DNA from: Eledone cirrhosa | Lineage: Eukaryota | Direction: 5' to 3' | NCBI GenBank assembly: GCA_964016885.1 | Contig: OZ024743.1 | Coordinates: 235,414,001 to 235,478,000 of the forward strand | Length of the DNA stretch: 64,000 nucleotides | Shown here: one piece after another, positions 13,403 to 25,773 of the stretch | Layout of the letters: every line of letters starts with the position of its first letter | Position numbering within the stretch: the first letter of the stretch is position 1 | Notes under the pieces: model-generated | What the model was told of the DNA's origin: nothing | Seen by the model: the letters and a program-made list of their open reading frames with translations, nothing else | Databases searched by the model: none | Made by a program: the position numbers and the translations under genes

Positions 13403-13407
<5 letters not shown>
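12509..13407 (+). mobile_element. 5'-truncated Hydra-clade-like Penelope element (linker + GIY-YIG + 3' UTR with hammerhead) within (TA)n
   Basis: IWFSPP..HFPIGHKYRSIFN, CSC..GPLQQQC, VIYEA..YVGMAESRFKERFLNH, CGLCINE..LNTRSEFFTRCPH (ORF 12688-13173). Confidence 0.88.
13336..13373 (+). ncRNA. Minimal type I hammerhead ribozyme in the PLE 3' UTR
   Basis: cgag-CTGAGGA..GAAACAATTGTT-ctcg. Confidence 0.87.
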
Positions 13408-13468
<61 letters not shown>

Positions 13469-13487
13469 TGATTCTCGATAATTTATT

Positions 13488-13534
<47 letters not shown>

Positions 13535-13585
13535 GTTTATTTCTATATATATATAGATTTGCATAAGTGTGTGTATATGTGTGAG

Positions 13586-13654
<69 letters not shown>

Positions 13655-13742
13655 CTTTGTAACACCGAGATATGAATTTCGATGTTAAAATCGTACTCAT
13701 ACCCATTCAGGGTTCCTAATTGAAGCCTTTATTTTCTTGTGA

Positions 13743-13783
13743 GCCTCTGAGGAGCCCAACTTGGGCGTAACATGTGTAAGAGC
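13743..13783 (+). ncRNA. Degenerate hammerhead (GAAA changed to GTAA)
   Basis: gcct-CTGAGGA-GCCCAA-C-TTGGGC-GTAACATGTGTA-agagc. Confidence 0.6.
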
Positions 13784-14490
13784 TTCTTATGTGACATTTT
13801 TTGCGATGCATAGAATTGCTGGCCATAGGCAAGTTCCTAGCAGGACTAAAAAGCCACGTCCATGATGTTCATGCTTAAATATCAAGCGATGGCATTACTC
13901 GAAATAGAGTTGCAGCCATTATATGCATATATGCGCAAGTGTGTGTGGGCGTCTGTCTCACGGGTATAGTGTGTGTGAGTGTATGTGTGACAGAGAGGGA
14001 GAGAGAGAGAGATAGAAAAGACTGACAGCTGTTTGAGGGTTGAATACGTAAGAAGTTTAAATCTAATAAATACGACATAAGTTTGACAGTTATTTAGCCT
14101 AGTTAGACAGTTAGTTAGCCTAGTTAGACAGCTAGTTAGCCTAGTTCGACACCTAGTTCGATACCTAGTTAGCTCACCAAGTTTCAATCTACAGAATACA
14201 GCTGCTTTCCAGATCCACTCAAGTCTTATTAACTTTGGCATCATTTATATTATCATCAATAAGTTAACTTATTTAAATTTCTAACAGTTATATAAGTTTT
14301 ATATTATATTAGTAGTTGTTTATTATTATGTGTCTTTATAAGCTTTCTCACACGCACCCTCTGTATTATATGTAATTTTTTCATGTCTCAATCTTAAGGT
14401 ATATAAATATTGAGTTTTATCCTAACTTATTCACTGCCATGACTGAATTTTAACCATCTACTTAGTCAAGGTATGTCATGCATCATTTTA

Positions 14491-14553
14491 TTTTATCTGA
14501 TGAGGACGTGCTGTTGAAAATAGCTCAGTACCTCTGAAATATGTATAATAAAA
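14491..14553 (+). ncRNA. Type I hammerhead ribozyme
   Basis: ttttat-CTGATGA-GG..CCTCT-GAAATATGTATA-ataaaa. Stems I and III are the same as at 40693. Confidence 0.8.
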
Positions 14554-14572
14554 TATACTTGATCACACGAAT

Positions 14573-14617
<45 letters not shown>

Positions 14618-15149
14618 TAAAAGGAAAGGAAAATGCTGACAAATTTTTCCCAGTGAAAAATAGTTTAATTAGGAATAAGTATAAATTAGTAATAAGTATT
14701 GGTTAGTATTCAGTTTTAGTTTTAAGTTTTTACCGGCTGCGCATTTCTAATGCTTTTCAAAAATAATTTTGAGACAGAGCGCTCGTGATGTTTGCTCTAA
14801 TCTGATCAGTTTTGGAAATTCTTCCTGTTTTATGTGAAAAAAGTCGCTCCAGAGGTATTAAGATTTGGTTGGTTGTTGAATGTCACGTGAATGAGTACTA
14901 TAAATTTCGCGCCAATTCGTGTTGCAAAAATTCTTGTAGTCAAAACAATTTTGATTGGTCGGTAGAGGTCACGTGAATGTTAAAAATTGATTTTGCACCA
15001 AATGTAGGTTTGTCGAAGAGTGTCCTTTTTCGCCTGGTTGAGAAGTCACTGAAAAATAAGTTCATTGTTGTGATAATGGTCAGTAGGGATATGTGTGATT
15101 TTCAGTCATGTTGAAAGGTCAACAGTTCAGGTGTCTATTAAGACAAATA

Positions 15150-15252
<103 letters not shown>

Positions 15253-15413
15253 CAGAGTGGTTCGTGGTAGAGGGAATAAATTCGGTCAGTAGGAATGTGT
15301 GTGTACGTGTGTGGGGGATATTTTAACACGTTGAAAGATATTTTTCAGCTCGTGTTTTATACGGAGAAGTGTGTGTGTGTATGTCTATTTGTATGTTAGT
15401 GTACGCGTGTGTA

Positions 15414-15483
<70 letters not shown>

Positions 15484-15692
15484 GATGGACCAGTATTTTT
15501 GTGATATTGGTAAAAATGGTGTACATTATTCGATATTTTCTGTAATTTGCAAAAACGATTCTCTCAATAGAACATCAAAAACATTAATAATAAAAGGGGT
15601 AAAATGATGTATAGTATTGTCATAACACCAAGGTGTGTGTGAGTGAGTGTCCAGATTGTACGTACTGCAAGGGGATTCCATTAGGCCCTGCA

Positions 15693-16780
15693 GGTGTTTT
15701 TATTGGAGACTATAGTACAGATTCTCTTGGCTAAGTTCTAGGGAATATTAATTTTAACGTGTCTAGGGTGGCAAGAGTTGAAAGGAAGATATTGCTTGGC
15801 GTCTGTGGGCTTGTAGTATATGTCTGTTTCTATTCTTTTGTTATGAATCTTAATGAGGATGTCGAGGAAGGGGAGTTGTTGATGGCTGTATTCCATCATA
15901 AAGTTAATATTCGTGTTGAACCCATTTATAAGGGTGTGAAATTCTTTAAGTTTCTCGATGTTTTCGTGCCAAAGGATGAAGCAGTCATCTAGATATCGCT
16001 TCCAGTTCTTTTCTTTGTGTAAGTGGAGAGTGTTTCCAAATGTGTTTAGTACTTTAGTGTAGAGGATGATTTCCAGGTATCCCATGACTAGGTTGGCATA
16101 AGTGGGGGCTGTTTTCGTTCCCATAGCAGTCCCAGATTTCTGCCTGTAGGATTTGTTATTGAAAACGAAGTAATTGTTCTCCAAGATAAATTTGAGTCCG
16201 TCTATCACGAATTCTTTTTTGATGCGTTGTGGGAGTTCATTGTGGTAATTATCCAGCCAGAATTGGATAGCTTCTATTCCTAGGTTGTGGGGGATGTTGG
16301 AGTATAGGTTGACTGCATCGAACGTCACTAGTAGGGTTTGTTCAGAAAGGGGCATATTAGGGAGGTGATTGAGCATATCTAGGTCGTCTCTTATATAGCT
16401 TTTGATGTGTTTGAGAAAAGGCTTGAGAAGCGTATCAATGAAGTTGCTAAGACGGTGGGTTTCGCAAGCGGGGCCTGCTATTATAGGTCTACATTTGAGA
16501 TCATTGGGTGAGGGGACATTGATGACTATGTCTGTGGCTTCCTTGCATGCCTTACTTCGTCTGTGATGAAGCTGAATTCCTTGTTAGTGAGTCCTTCTTT
16601 GTATTGGTTGATCAGAGTTTTTAGGTTTCTCATAATTTTCTGTTGATCGTAGTGTTCAGCCTTTTCGTAGTATGTTTCGTTTTCCAAAGTGGAGAGCGCT
16701 AAGTTTATATAGAATTCTGTCTCCATTAGGACTACTGTACTCCATTTATCAGCTTCTTTAATTGTAATAGTTCTGTTACC
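15693..16780 (-). pseudogene. PLE reverse transcriptase (disrupted)
   Basis: IKEADK, PNDLKCRPIIAGPACETHRLS, FDAVNLYSNIP, GTAMGTKTAPTYANL, RYLDD, FLD and SCHPRH. There is a premature TAG at 15738 and the PKIHK region is deleted. Confidence 0.92.
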
Positions 16781-17472
16781 CTGCATCACTAATTGACAAT
16801 GGAATCCAACGTTCCCTAAAACTCAGTACCCAGGACCTTAGACACCCTAAAGTAAATCAACCGAAACTAAAAGCTCTTCCATACATCTCCACACACAACC
16901 CCCTAAACAATGAGGCCTTTGACACCATCCTCCAGAACATCCCTGTGTTAAAAAAGGACCATAGAATGAACCAAATCCTTCGAACACACGATATCATAAA
17001 GAGCAAAAGACAATCTAGGTCAATGAAAAACATCCTAACACATGCCAAAGTACTGCCAACCACAACAACGAAACCCACAGTAAAAAAATGCGATAGACCC
17101 AACTGTGGCATATGCATCAACCTAATAGAGGGTTCGGAATTCTATTTCAAAGAAGGACAACGTTTTATAGTAAAACACAATTTCACATGCGCATCAGAAA
17201 ATCTACTATATGTATTAACTTGCTCAGGTTGTCGAGAACAATACATAGGCCAGACTAAAAACAGCCTTCGCCAACGCATGACTCTCCATAGATCCCAAAT
17301 TAAAATACGGGAATACAGAAAAATACCACTGAGTGATACCTGTGCCGCCCAAAATCATCACAACTTTAGAATCTTTCCCCTCTACAAAGATAATGCCACC
17401 CACATCCAGCGCATCAGCAGGGAATCTCATTTTATTAACAAATACGGACCGCCTCTAAACACTTCTACCTAA
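16778..17472 (+). pseudogene. PLE linker and GIY-YIG endonuclease
   Basis: YPASLI..PYISTHNP, CDRPNCGIC zinc knuckle, NLLYVLTCSGCREQYIGQT..RMTLH and RESHFINKY..LN. Confidence 0.92.
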
Positions 17473-17931
17473 GACGAACCCACAACATACACACGTCAAC
17501 ATACATACCTACATAAGCATACATCCTACATACATTTCTATCCACATATAAACACAATGACATACGTAAACACACATGTTCTATGGTGCAACACAAATAT
17601 ACACAAATTTACATACCTTTTGATGTTTATAGATATAAACGTGCCGACACACACATACATATACGCACACATGCATTGCACACTGATGGGCACATAGATA
17701 TTTGTACACAAGTATTCCCATACGGCAGGGCCTAATGGATTCCCCTTGCAGTACGTACAATCTGGACGCCCACTCACACACACCTTGGTGTTATGACAAT
17801 ACTATACATCATTTCACCCCTTTTATTATTAATGTTTTTGATGTTCTTTTGAGAGAATCGTTTTTGCAAATTACAGAAAATATCGAATAATGTACACCAT
17901 TTTTACCAATATCATAAAAATACTGGTCCAT

Positions 17932-17999
<68 letters not shown>

Positions 18000-18490
18000 T
18001 TGTCTTAATAAACTTATTTTTCAGTGACTTCTCAACCAGGCGAAAAAGGACACTCTTCGACAAACCTACATTTGGCGCAAAATCAATTTTTAACATTCAC
18101 GTGACCTCTACCGACCAATCAAAATTGTTTTGACTACAAGAATTTTTGCAACACGAATGGGCACAACATTTATAGTACTCATTCATGTGACATTCAACAA
18201 CCAACCAAATCTTAATACCTCTGGAGCGACTTTTTTCACATAAAACAGGAAGAATTTCCAAAACTGATCAGATTAGAGCAAACATCACGAGCGCTCTATC
18301 TCAAAATTATTTTTGAAAAGCATTAGAAATGCGCAACCGGTAAAAACTTAAAACTAAAACTGAATACTAACCAATACTTATTACTAATTTATACTTATTC
18401 CTAATTAAACTATTTTTCACTGGGAAAAATTTGTCAGCATTTTCTTTTCCTTTTACTAATATATCACAACTCGTGTGTTACACCTCTATT

Positions 18491-18556
<66 letters not shown>

Positions 18557-18561
<5 letters not shown>

Positions 18562-19617
18562 TATATTTAGAGTTTAAACTCAAAGTCATTTACAATTAAT
18601 TAGCTCAAAGAAAGAAGCATTTCTGAGCAGTGAAATACAAGTTAATATATATTAATATATGATAAACACATACGTGTTTGTATTGCAAAAGACGAAGTTA
18701 GCTAGAATGAAATAAACTAATTAAAATGAATACAATGTGTCTGTCTCGATATAAGTCAATAAAGACAAGCTTATATTGGCAAAAGCCGTGATTCCTGGAC
18801 AAATTTAAATTTCAAAATCCAAACCTGCTCCGTAGATGAATTTGAACTTCGAAACCCAAATGTTTCGCAACGATGGTATAAAAAGTGAAATATAAAAAGT
18901 GAAATATTCAAATCTTCTGTGCTTATCAACAGGAATCCAGTAAAATTAGTACATTTCACCTCCAAAAATTTTGTAGGACTGATTCACACGAGGTATAATC
19001 AGCTATACTAGCCATCCCATACTCACAGTGCTAGAAATAACAGCCGTTTATATAGGATTAAAAATTAGCTCTACAGTAAGGAGCATTAATATTATATTAT
19101 ATTTAGAGTTTAAACTCAAAGTCATTTACAATTAATTATCAAAGAAAGATGCATTTCTGAGCAGTGAAATACAAGTTAATATATATTAATATATGATAAA
19201 CACATACCTGTTTGTATTGCAAAAGACGAAGTTAGCTAGAATGAAATAAACTAATTAAAATGAATACAATTTGTCTGTCTCGATATAAGTCAATAAAGAC
19301 AAGCTTATATTGGCAAAAGCCGTGATTCCTGGACAAATTTAAATTTCAAAATCCAAACCTGCTCCGTAGATGAATTTGAACTTCGAAACCCAAATATGTT
19401 TCGCAACGATGGTATAAAAAGTGAAGAATATAATCAGCTAGTATAGCTGATTATACCTCGTGTGAATCAGTCCTACAACATTTTTGGAGGTGAAATGTAC
19501 TAATTTTACTGGATTCCTGTTGATAAGCACAGAAGATTTGAATATTTCACTTTTTATATTTCACTTTTTATACCATCGTTGCGAAACATATTTGGGTTTC
19601 GAAGTTCAAATTCATCA
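18557..19617. repeat. Direct plus inverted duplication resembling pseudo-LTRs
   Basis: 18557-18890 is repeated at 19091-19424, and 18835-19010 is inverted at 19438-19616. A degenerate CTGATTA..ACCTC/GAGGT-GAAA motif is present. Confidence 0.85.
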
Positions 19618-20243
19618 CAACACCAACAACACTACCAAAATAAGGGTAGAAGTCAGATGTACTTAACAATAGCAAACACAAACACTACAGGGAGCCTCAC
19701 CCCAGAAAGAATCTCTATAGACTTTGGACTGAGGAATGCCCTCAAAACTGACCATGGGAAGTTTGACATTTTTTCGTTATTTTGTTCCTTTACCATCTTA
19801 TTCCTTCTACCACTTTATCAATTTTTTTTTAGCTAAATCCAACAATAACAACACTACCAACACAAGAATTGAGGTCAGATGTACCTAACAATAACAAGAA
19901 CAACAACTACAGATTGGCTTGCCTCAGAACGAATTTATATAGACTTTTGAATGAGGAATGTTCTAACAACTGACCAATGAAAGGAGAAGAGGCCCTTTGA
20001 CACTGAAATTCGTTTGTTTGAATTCATATGATTCCAGTTCCTCAGTGAAATAACAACCCAACCAGGAACTGGGCATATCAGAGTATTGACAAAGTTATAC
20101 ACATCAACAACATATGTATATATATGTACGTATGGACCGAACATTTATTATAATGCTCGGTGTGTTTGTAAACAAACATCCCGAATTAAGCCGTACAGTG
20201 TCTAGCAACCATCGTTGCTCATTTGTTCAACACTAACAAAGGA

Positions 20244-20286
20244 ACGCTGTACTAGTTTCAAGCTTATTAGCTATCGTCAGCAACGT
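20244..20286 (-). ncRNA. Minimal type I hammerhead ribozyme
   Basis: Reverse complement of the 20714 motif. Confidence 0.9.
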
Positions 20287-20513
20287 ATACCTTCCTGCCA
20301 GATGGTTGAACGTCTGAAAGTATATACTTTCCTTATGCATATTAACGGCTGAGCAGCCTAATTTGCATATCGAGTGAGTTAATCGGTGGGGGTACCGAAA
20401 ACGATAAACGGAAAAAATGAAACGAAATTTCATTTCTCACTCTTAGTACGGCTGTTACTTAAATATAAGTATGTATACGTACATACATATATGTATACAG
20501 ACGTACAGTAGTA

Positions 20514-20597
<84 letters not shown>

Positions 20598-20713
20598 TAC
20601 ATGCACACATATATATATCTACGTATGGATTCACCGAACATTTATTATAATGCTCTGTGTGTTTGTAAACACGTATATACTTTCAGACATTCAACCATCT
20701 GGCAGGAAGGTAT

Positions 20714-20756
20714 ACGTTGCTGACGATAGCTAATAAGCTTGAAACTAGTACAGCGT
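20714..20756 (+). ncRNA. Minimal type I hammerhead ribozyme
   Basis: acgttg-CTGACGA-T-AGCT-AATA-AGCT-T-GAAACTAGTA-cagcgt. Stem I is 6 bp, ACTAGT is palindromic and the site is GUA. Confidence 0.92.
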
Positions 20757-20905
20757 TCCTTTGTCAGTGTTGCACAAATGAGCAACGATGGTTGCTAGAC
20801 ACTGTACGGCTTAATTCGGGATGTTTGTTTACAAACACACCGAGCATTATAATAAATGTTCGGTGAATCCATACGTACATATATATATGTGTGCATGTAT
20901 GTATA

Positions 20906-21003
<98 letters not shown>

Positions 21004-21246
21004 TATATATATATACGCATACTACTGTACGTCTGTATACATATATGTTAGTACGTATACATACTTATATTTAAGTAACAGCCGTACTAAGATTGAGAAA
21101 TGAAATTTCGTTTCATTTTTTCCGTTTATCGTTTTCGGTACCCCGGCCGATTAACTCACTCGATATGCAAATTAGGCTGCTCAGCCGTTAATATGCATAA
21201 AGAAAGTATATACTTTCAGACGTTCAACCATCTGGCAGGAAGGTAT

Positions 21247-21289
21247 ACGTTGCTGACGATAGCTAATAAGCTTGAAACTAGTACAGCGT
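21247..21289 (+). ncRNA. Minimal type I hammerhead ribozyme
   Basis: Identical to 20714, located 533 bp downstream. Confidence 0.92.
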
Positions 21290-21438
21290 TCCTTTGTCAG
21301 TGTTGAACAAATGAGCACCGATGGTTGCTAGACACTGTACGGCTTAATTCGGGTTGTTTGTTTACAAACACACCGAGCATTATAATAAATGTTCGGTGAA
21401 TCCATACGTACATATATATATGTGTGCATGTATGTATA

Positions 21439-21500
<62 letters not shown>

Positions 21501-21544
21501 TACAACTGTACGTCTGTATACATATATGTATGTACGTATACATA

Positions 21545-21579
<35 letters not shown>

Positions 21580-21715
21580 GTCCTGATAACTGTGTAGGGG
21601 GTGTATGTAACATGTATGTTTTATGAAAGCCAGTGCTTTATACATATGAAGATGCTAAACGAAAAAAGGAGTTTTCACCCCGAAATATCATGATACTTAT
21701 ATATATTGTAAACTG

Positions 21716-22595
21716 TTGTGGTGAGATGGTGGTGGTGGTGATAATGGTGTGATTGTGGTGGTGGTGATAATGGTGTGATGGTGGTGGTAATGGTAATGGT
21801 GGTTGTGGTGATATTGGTATGATGGTGGTGTTATGTTGATAGTGTGATGTTGGTGGTGGGGGTCTGATGGGTGACAGTGATGGTAATGGTGTTGTTGTTG
21901 TGGTGGTGGTCGTGGTAGCGGTGGTAACGGTGGTGGTGTGATGTTGGTGGTGAGGGGATGGGTGACAGTGATGGTAATGGTGATAGGGTTGTGGTGGTGG
22001 TAGTGGTGGTGGTGTTGTGGTAGTGATGGTGGTGGTGGTCATAGTGGTGGTGGTGGTGGTAGCGGTAGTGGTGGTGGTGGTGGTAGTGGTGGTGTGATGT
22101 TGGTAGTGTGATGTTGGTGGTGGGGTGATGGTTGACAGTGATGGTAATGGTGATGGTGTTGTGGTGGTGGTGTTGGTGTTGGTGGTAGTGGTGGTGGTGG
22201 TGGTTTTGGTGGTAGTGGTGGTGGTGATGGTGGTAGTGATGGTGGTGGTGGTGGTAGCGGTAGTGGTGGTGGTGGTGATGGTGGTGGTGGTGGTGGTGAT
22301 GGTGGTAGTGGTGTTGGTGGTGTTGGTGGTGTTGGTGGTAGTGGTGATGGTGATGGTGATGGTGGTGGTGGTGGTGATGGTGGTGGTGGTGGTGGTGGTG
22401 TTGTGGTGGTGGTGTTGTGGTGGAAGTGATGGTGGTGGTGGTAGTGGTGGTGATGGTGGTAGTGATGGTGGTGGTGGTCGTAGTGGTGATGGTGGTGGTG
22501 GTGGTGGTGGTGTTGTTGTGGTGGTAGTGGTGGTGGTGGTGGTGGTGGTGGTGTTGTGGTGGTGGTGGTGGTGGTGGTGGTGGTGTTTATGGTAG
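21716..22595. repeat. Degenerate (GGT/GAT/TGT)n trinucleotide tract
   Basis: Seen directly in the sequence. Confidence 0.95.
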
Positions 22596-22845
22596 TGAGG
22601 GGATATGACGCTGGGTTTATTGGTACATGATGATCTTGTCTTACAGACAAATCACCCGAAGACTGAGATCGATGGAGCTAATATGACGTACGTGGTTATT
22701 GAATTGTATATATTAATCAGCCTGATGGATATATAAAAGATAAATTGACTCTGAATTTCAAATCAACATAATCGAATGTAGTGAACTTGTTCGAACAGGA
22801 ATCACTATTGATACGTATTGGACAATGAGCGTTTCAGTTTCAGAT

Positions 22846-23055
22846 CAATGGAACAGCCTGTTGATGAAATTAACGGGCTCAAACATTTCACAGACACGTG
22901 CAATGTTAACGGAATTATGTGGAAGATTTAGAGGTACATGCTTACAGCTAATGTTTTCCACAGGAGTAGACTGGAGCAACGTGAAATGAAGTTTCTTGTT
23001 CAAGGAAACAACACTCTTCCGAGATTTGAATTTACACATATCCTAACCACTAAAC
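22846..23055 (-). mobile_element. CORE-like tRNA SINE, degenerate
   Basis: gactggagcaacgtgaaatgaagtttcttgttcaagga matches the family at 38612-38753. Confidence 0.6.
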
Positions 23056-24381
23056 CAGTCATGGGCAAACTGCGGCCCGCGAGTCGCATGTGGCCTGTTT
23101 GGCGTTCTGAATGGCACGCCTAATTTCCAAATTGCCTTGAATTGTTTTAGTAGTGCTGTCCACCTTATGATGGTCCACATCCTATGTGGCCCACCTTATG
23201 ATGGTCCACATCCTATATGGCCCACCTTATGATGGTCCACATCCTATGTGGCCCACCTTATGATGGTCCACATCCTATGTGGCCCACCTTATGATGGTCC
23301 ACATCCTATATGGCCCACCTTATGATGGTACACATCCTATGTGGCCCACCTTATGATGGTCCACATCCTATGTGGCCCACCTTATGATGGTCCACATCCT
23401 ATGTGGCCCACCTTATGATGGTCCACATCCTATGTGGCCCACCTTATGATGGTACACATCCTATGTGGCCCACCTTATGATGGTCCACATCCTATGTGGC
23501 CCACCTTATGATGGTCCACATCCTATGTGGTCCACCTTATGATGGTCCACATCCTATATGGCCCACCTTATGATGGTCCACATCCTATGTGGCCCACCTT
23601 ATCATGGTCCACATCCTATGTGGCCCACCTTATGATGGTCCACATCCTATGTGGCCCACCTTATGATGGTCCACATCCTATGTGGCCCACTTTATGATGA
23701 CCTACATCCTATGTGGTCCACCTTATCATGGTCCACATCCTATGTAGTCCACCTTATGATGGTCCACATCCTATGTGGCCCACCCTATGATAGTCCACCT
23801 TATGATGGTCCACATCCTATGTGGCCCACCTTATGATGGTCCACATCCTATGTGGTCCACCTTATGATGGTCCACATCCTATGTGGTCCACTTTATGATG
23901 ACCGACATCCTATGTGGTCCACCTTATGATGACCCACATCCTATGTGGTCCACCTTATGATGACCCACATCCTATGTGGCCCACCTTATGATGAACCACA
24001 TCCTATGTGGTCCACCTTATGATGGTCCACATCCTATGTGGTCCACCTTATGATGACCCACATCCTATGTGGCCCACCTTATGATGACCCACATCCTATG
24101 TGGCCCACCTTATGATGACCCACATCCTATGTGGTCCACCTTATGATGAACCACATCTTATGTGGCCCACCTTCTTATGGTCCACATCCTATGTGGCCCA
24201 CCCTATGATGGTCCAGATCCTATGTGGCCCACCTTATGATGACCCACATCCTATGTGGTCCACCTTATGATGACCCACATCCTATGTGGCCCACCTTACG
24301 ATGTCCCCATCCCATGTGGCCCACCTTATGATGACCCACATCCTATGAGACCGACTACTCAAAAGGTGTTACCCATGCCTG
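23056..24381. mobile_element. hAT (Charlie-like) non-autonomous element containing a 31-bp satellite
   Basis: TIRs CAGTCATGGGCAAAC / GTTACCCATGCCTG, perfect 8-bp TSD CACTAAAC (23048-23055 and 24382-24389), and subterminal GCGGCCCGCG. Confidence 0.9.
23158..24347. repeat. 31-bp tandem repeat CCCACCTTATGATGGTCCACATCCTATGTGG, about 38 copies
   Basis: Period 31 (23161 to 23192). The variant GATGACCCAC dominates the right third. Confidence 0.96.
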
Positions 24382-24649
24382 CACTAAACCTTAAAGTATT
24401 GTCAGAACATCTGTATATATTGTGAGGTGGGTTGACACATGGCTGAGTGGATACGAGGTGCCTTTCAAAAGCATGAAGCCCACATTCTGTCCGATCCTAC
24501 TGCGGGACATCTTTGACAAGTATCATTACATGATTTGGCCCAACGGGTGCCAGTGAAACTGTAAATATAAGCTGCGTCAAAACACATTAAATGGATCACA
24601 CCTGTAACTTAGAATTCAGATCTTGTCATATATTGACTCCGGCTTCTGA

Positions 24650-24832
<183 letters not shown>

Positions 24833-25086
24833 ATGATCTTAGGATAATTAACAAAAATAGGACAAGACAACGAACGGAAACACGGCAAAACCAAAAACAA
24901 CGTGTGTGTATATATATATATATGTGTGTGTGTGTGTATAGGTTTAGATCGATATCCAGTTATTTCGATCTCATTGTATATATACATAGTAGTGTAGTGT
25001 ATTGTATTTTCCTACTATATCAAGTGTTAAACTAATATATTCCTTCATTTTACTCTGTAGTTTGTTTTGTTATTTCTGGTCAATTT

Positions 25087-25133
<47 letters not shown>

Positions 25134-25179
25134 AAGATGAATATAAAAGGAAAGTGCTTTTATAAAGGAATTTATTAGG

Positions 25180-25297
25180 TATTGACATATGTTTCTGTAA
25201 CAGACGGAATACCTATGTATCGCTGCTTGCGTAATCATATAATGTTAGCAAGTATTCGATAGCAAATGTATAATCAGTTGTCATTTCTTCAGAGATA
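25180..25297 (-). ncRNA. Hammerhead ribozyme in the inverted pseudo-LTR
   Basis: Reverse-complement copy of 28531-28648. Confidence 0.75.
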
Positions 25298-25773
25298 TTG
25301 GATAAATTGGAAAAAATCAGAAAAATTGAAGTATTTATATTAGTTGTAAGAAAGGAAGAAGTGAGGGGATAGTATATGACAGATGGCAATTCAATTTGCT
25401 GGTAAACAAATATATAGAAGGTTTTAATGAGAATACAATGAGTATATGGCTTATTTTATCGAAATAAGAATTTTTGGGAGTGCCTATTTTAATCTATATT
25501 TGACCAATTGAACAATGGACAGGGCTGGTCAATGTTGGTAGCCTGTTAGTATATGCATTAGGGAATTGAATTAAGAAATCTCATTTTATCTATAGCAGTT
25601 TATATTAAATGGTAAAGAATAGAAGAGTTGATAGAATTAAGACTAATAGAGAATGTTAATATGTATTTTGACAATCAAACGGAGATGGAGACAGGCGTAC
25701 AATCCTGTTGATAACTTGAAATTTTAATAGTCTCCTATATAGTTGAGCAACTAATTCAGCATACGTCTCTAAA

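Larger units (their letters stand above)
20110..21550. mobile_element. Retrozyme-like non-coding element: 533-bp unit in partial tandem plus an inverted copy, three hammerheads
   Basis: 20674-21550 contains about 1.6 units (period 533) and 20110-20672 is the reverse complement. No credible ORF. Confidence 0.88.

Noticed and set aside
15693-17472. Selenocysteine-encoding Naiad
   Set aside because: The disrupting stop is TAG and I saw no in-frame TGA or SECIS.
23158-24347. 31-bp repeats as a CRISPR array
   Set aside because: The units are contiguous with no unique spacers, there are no cas genes and the context is eukaryotic.
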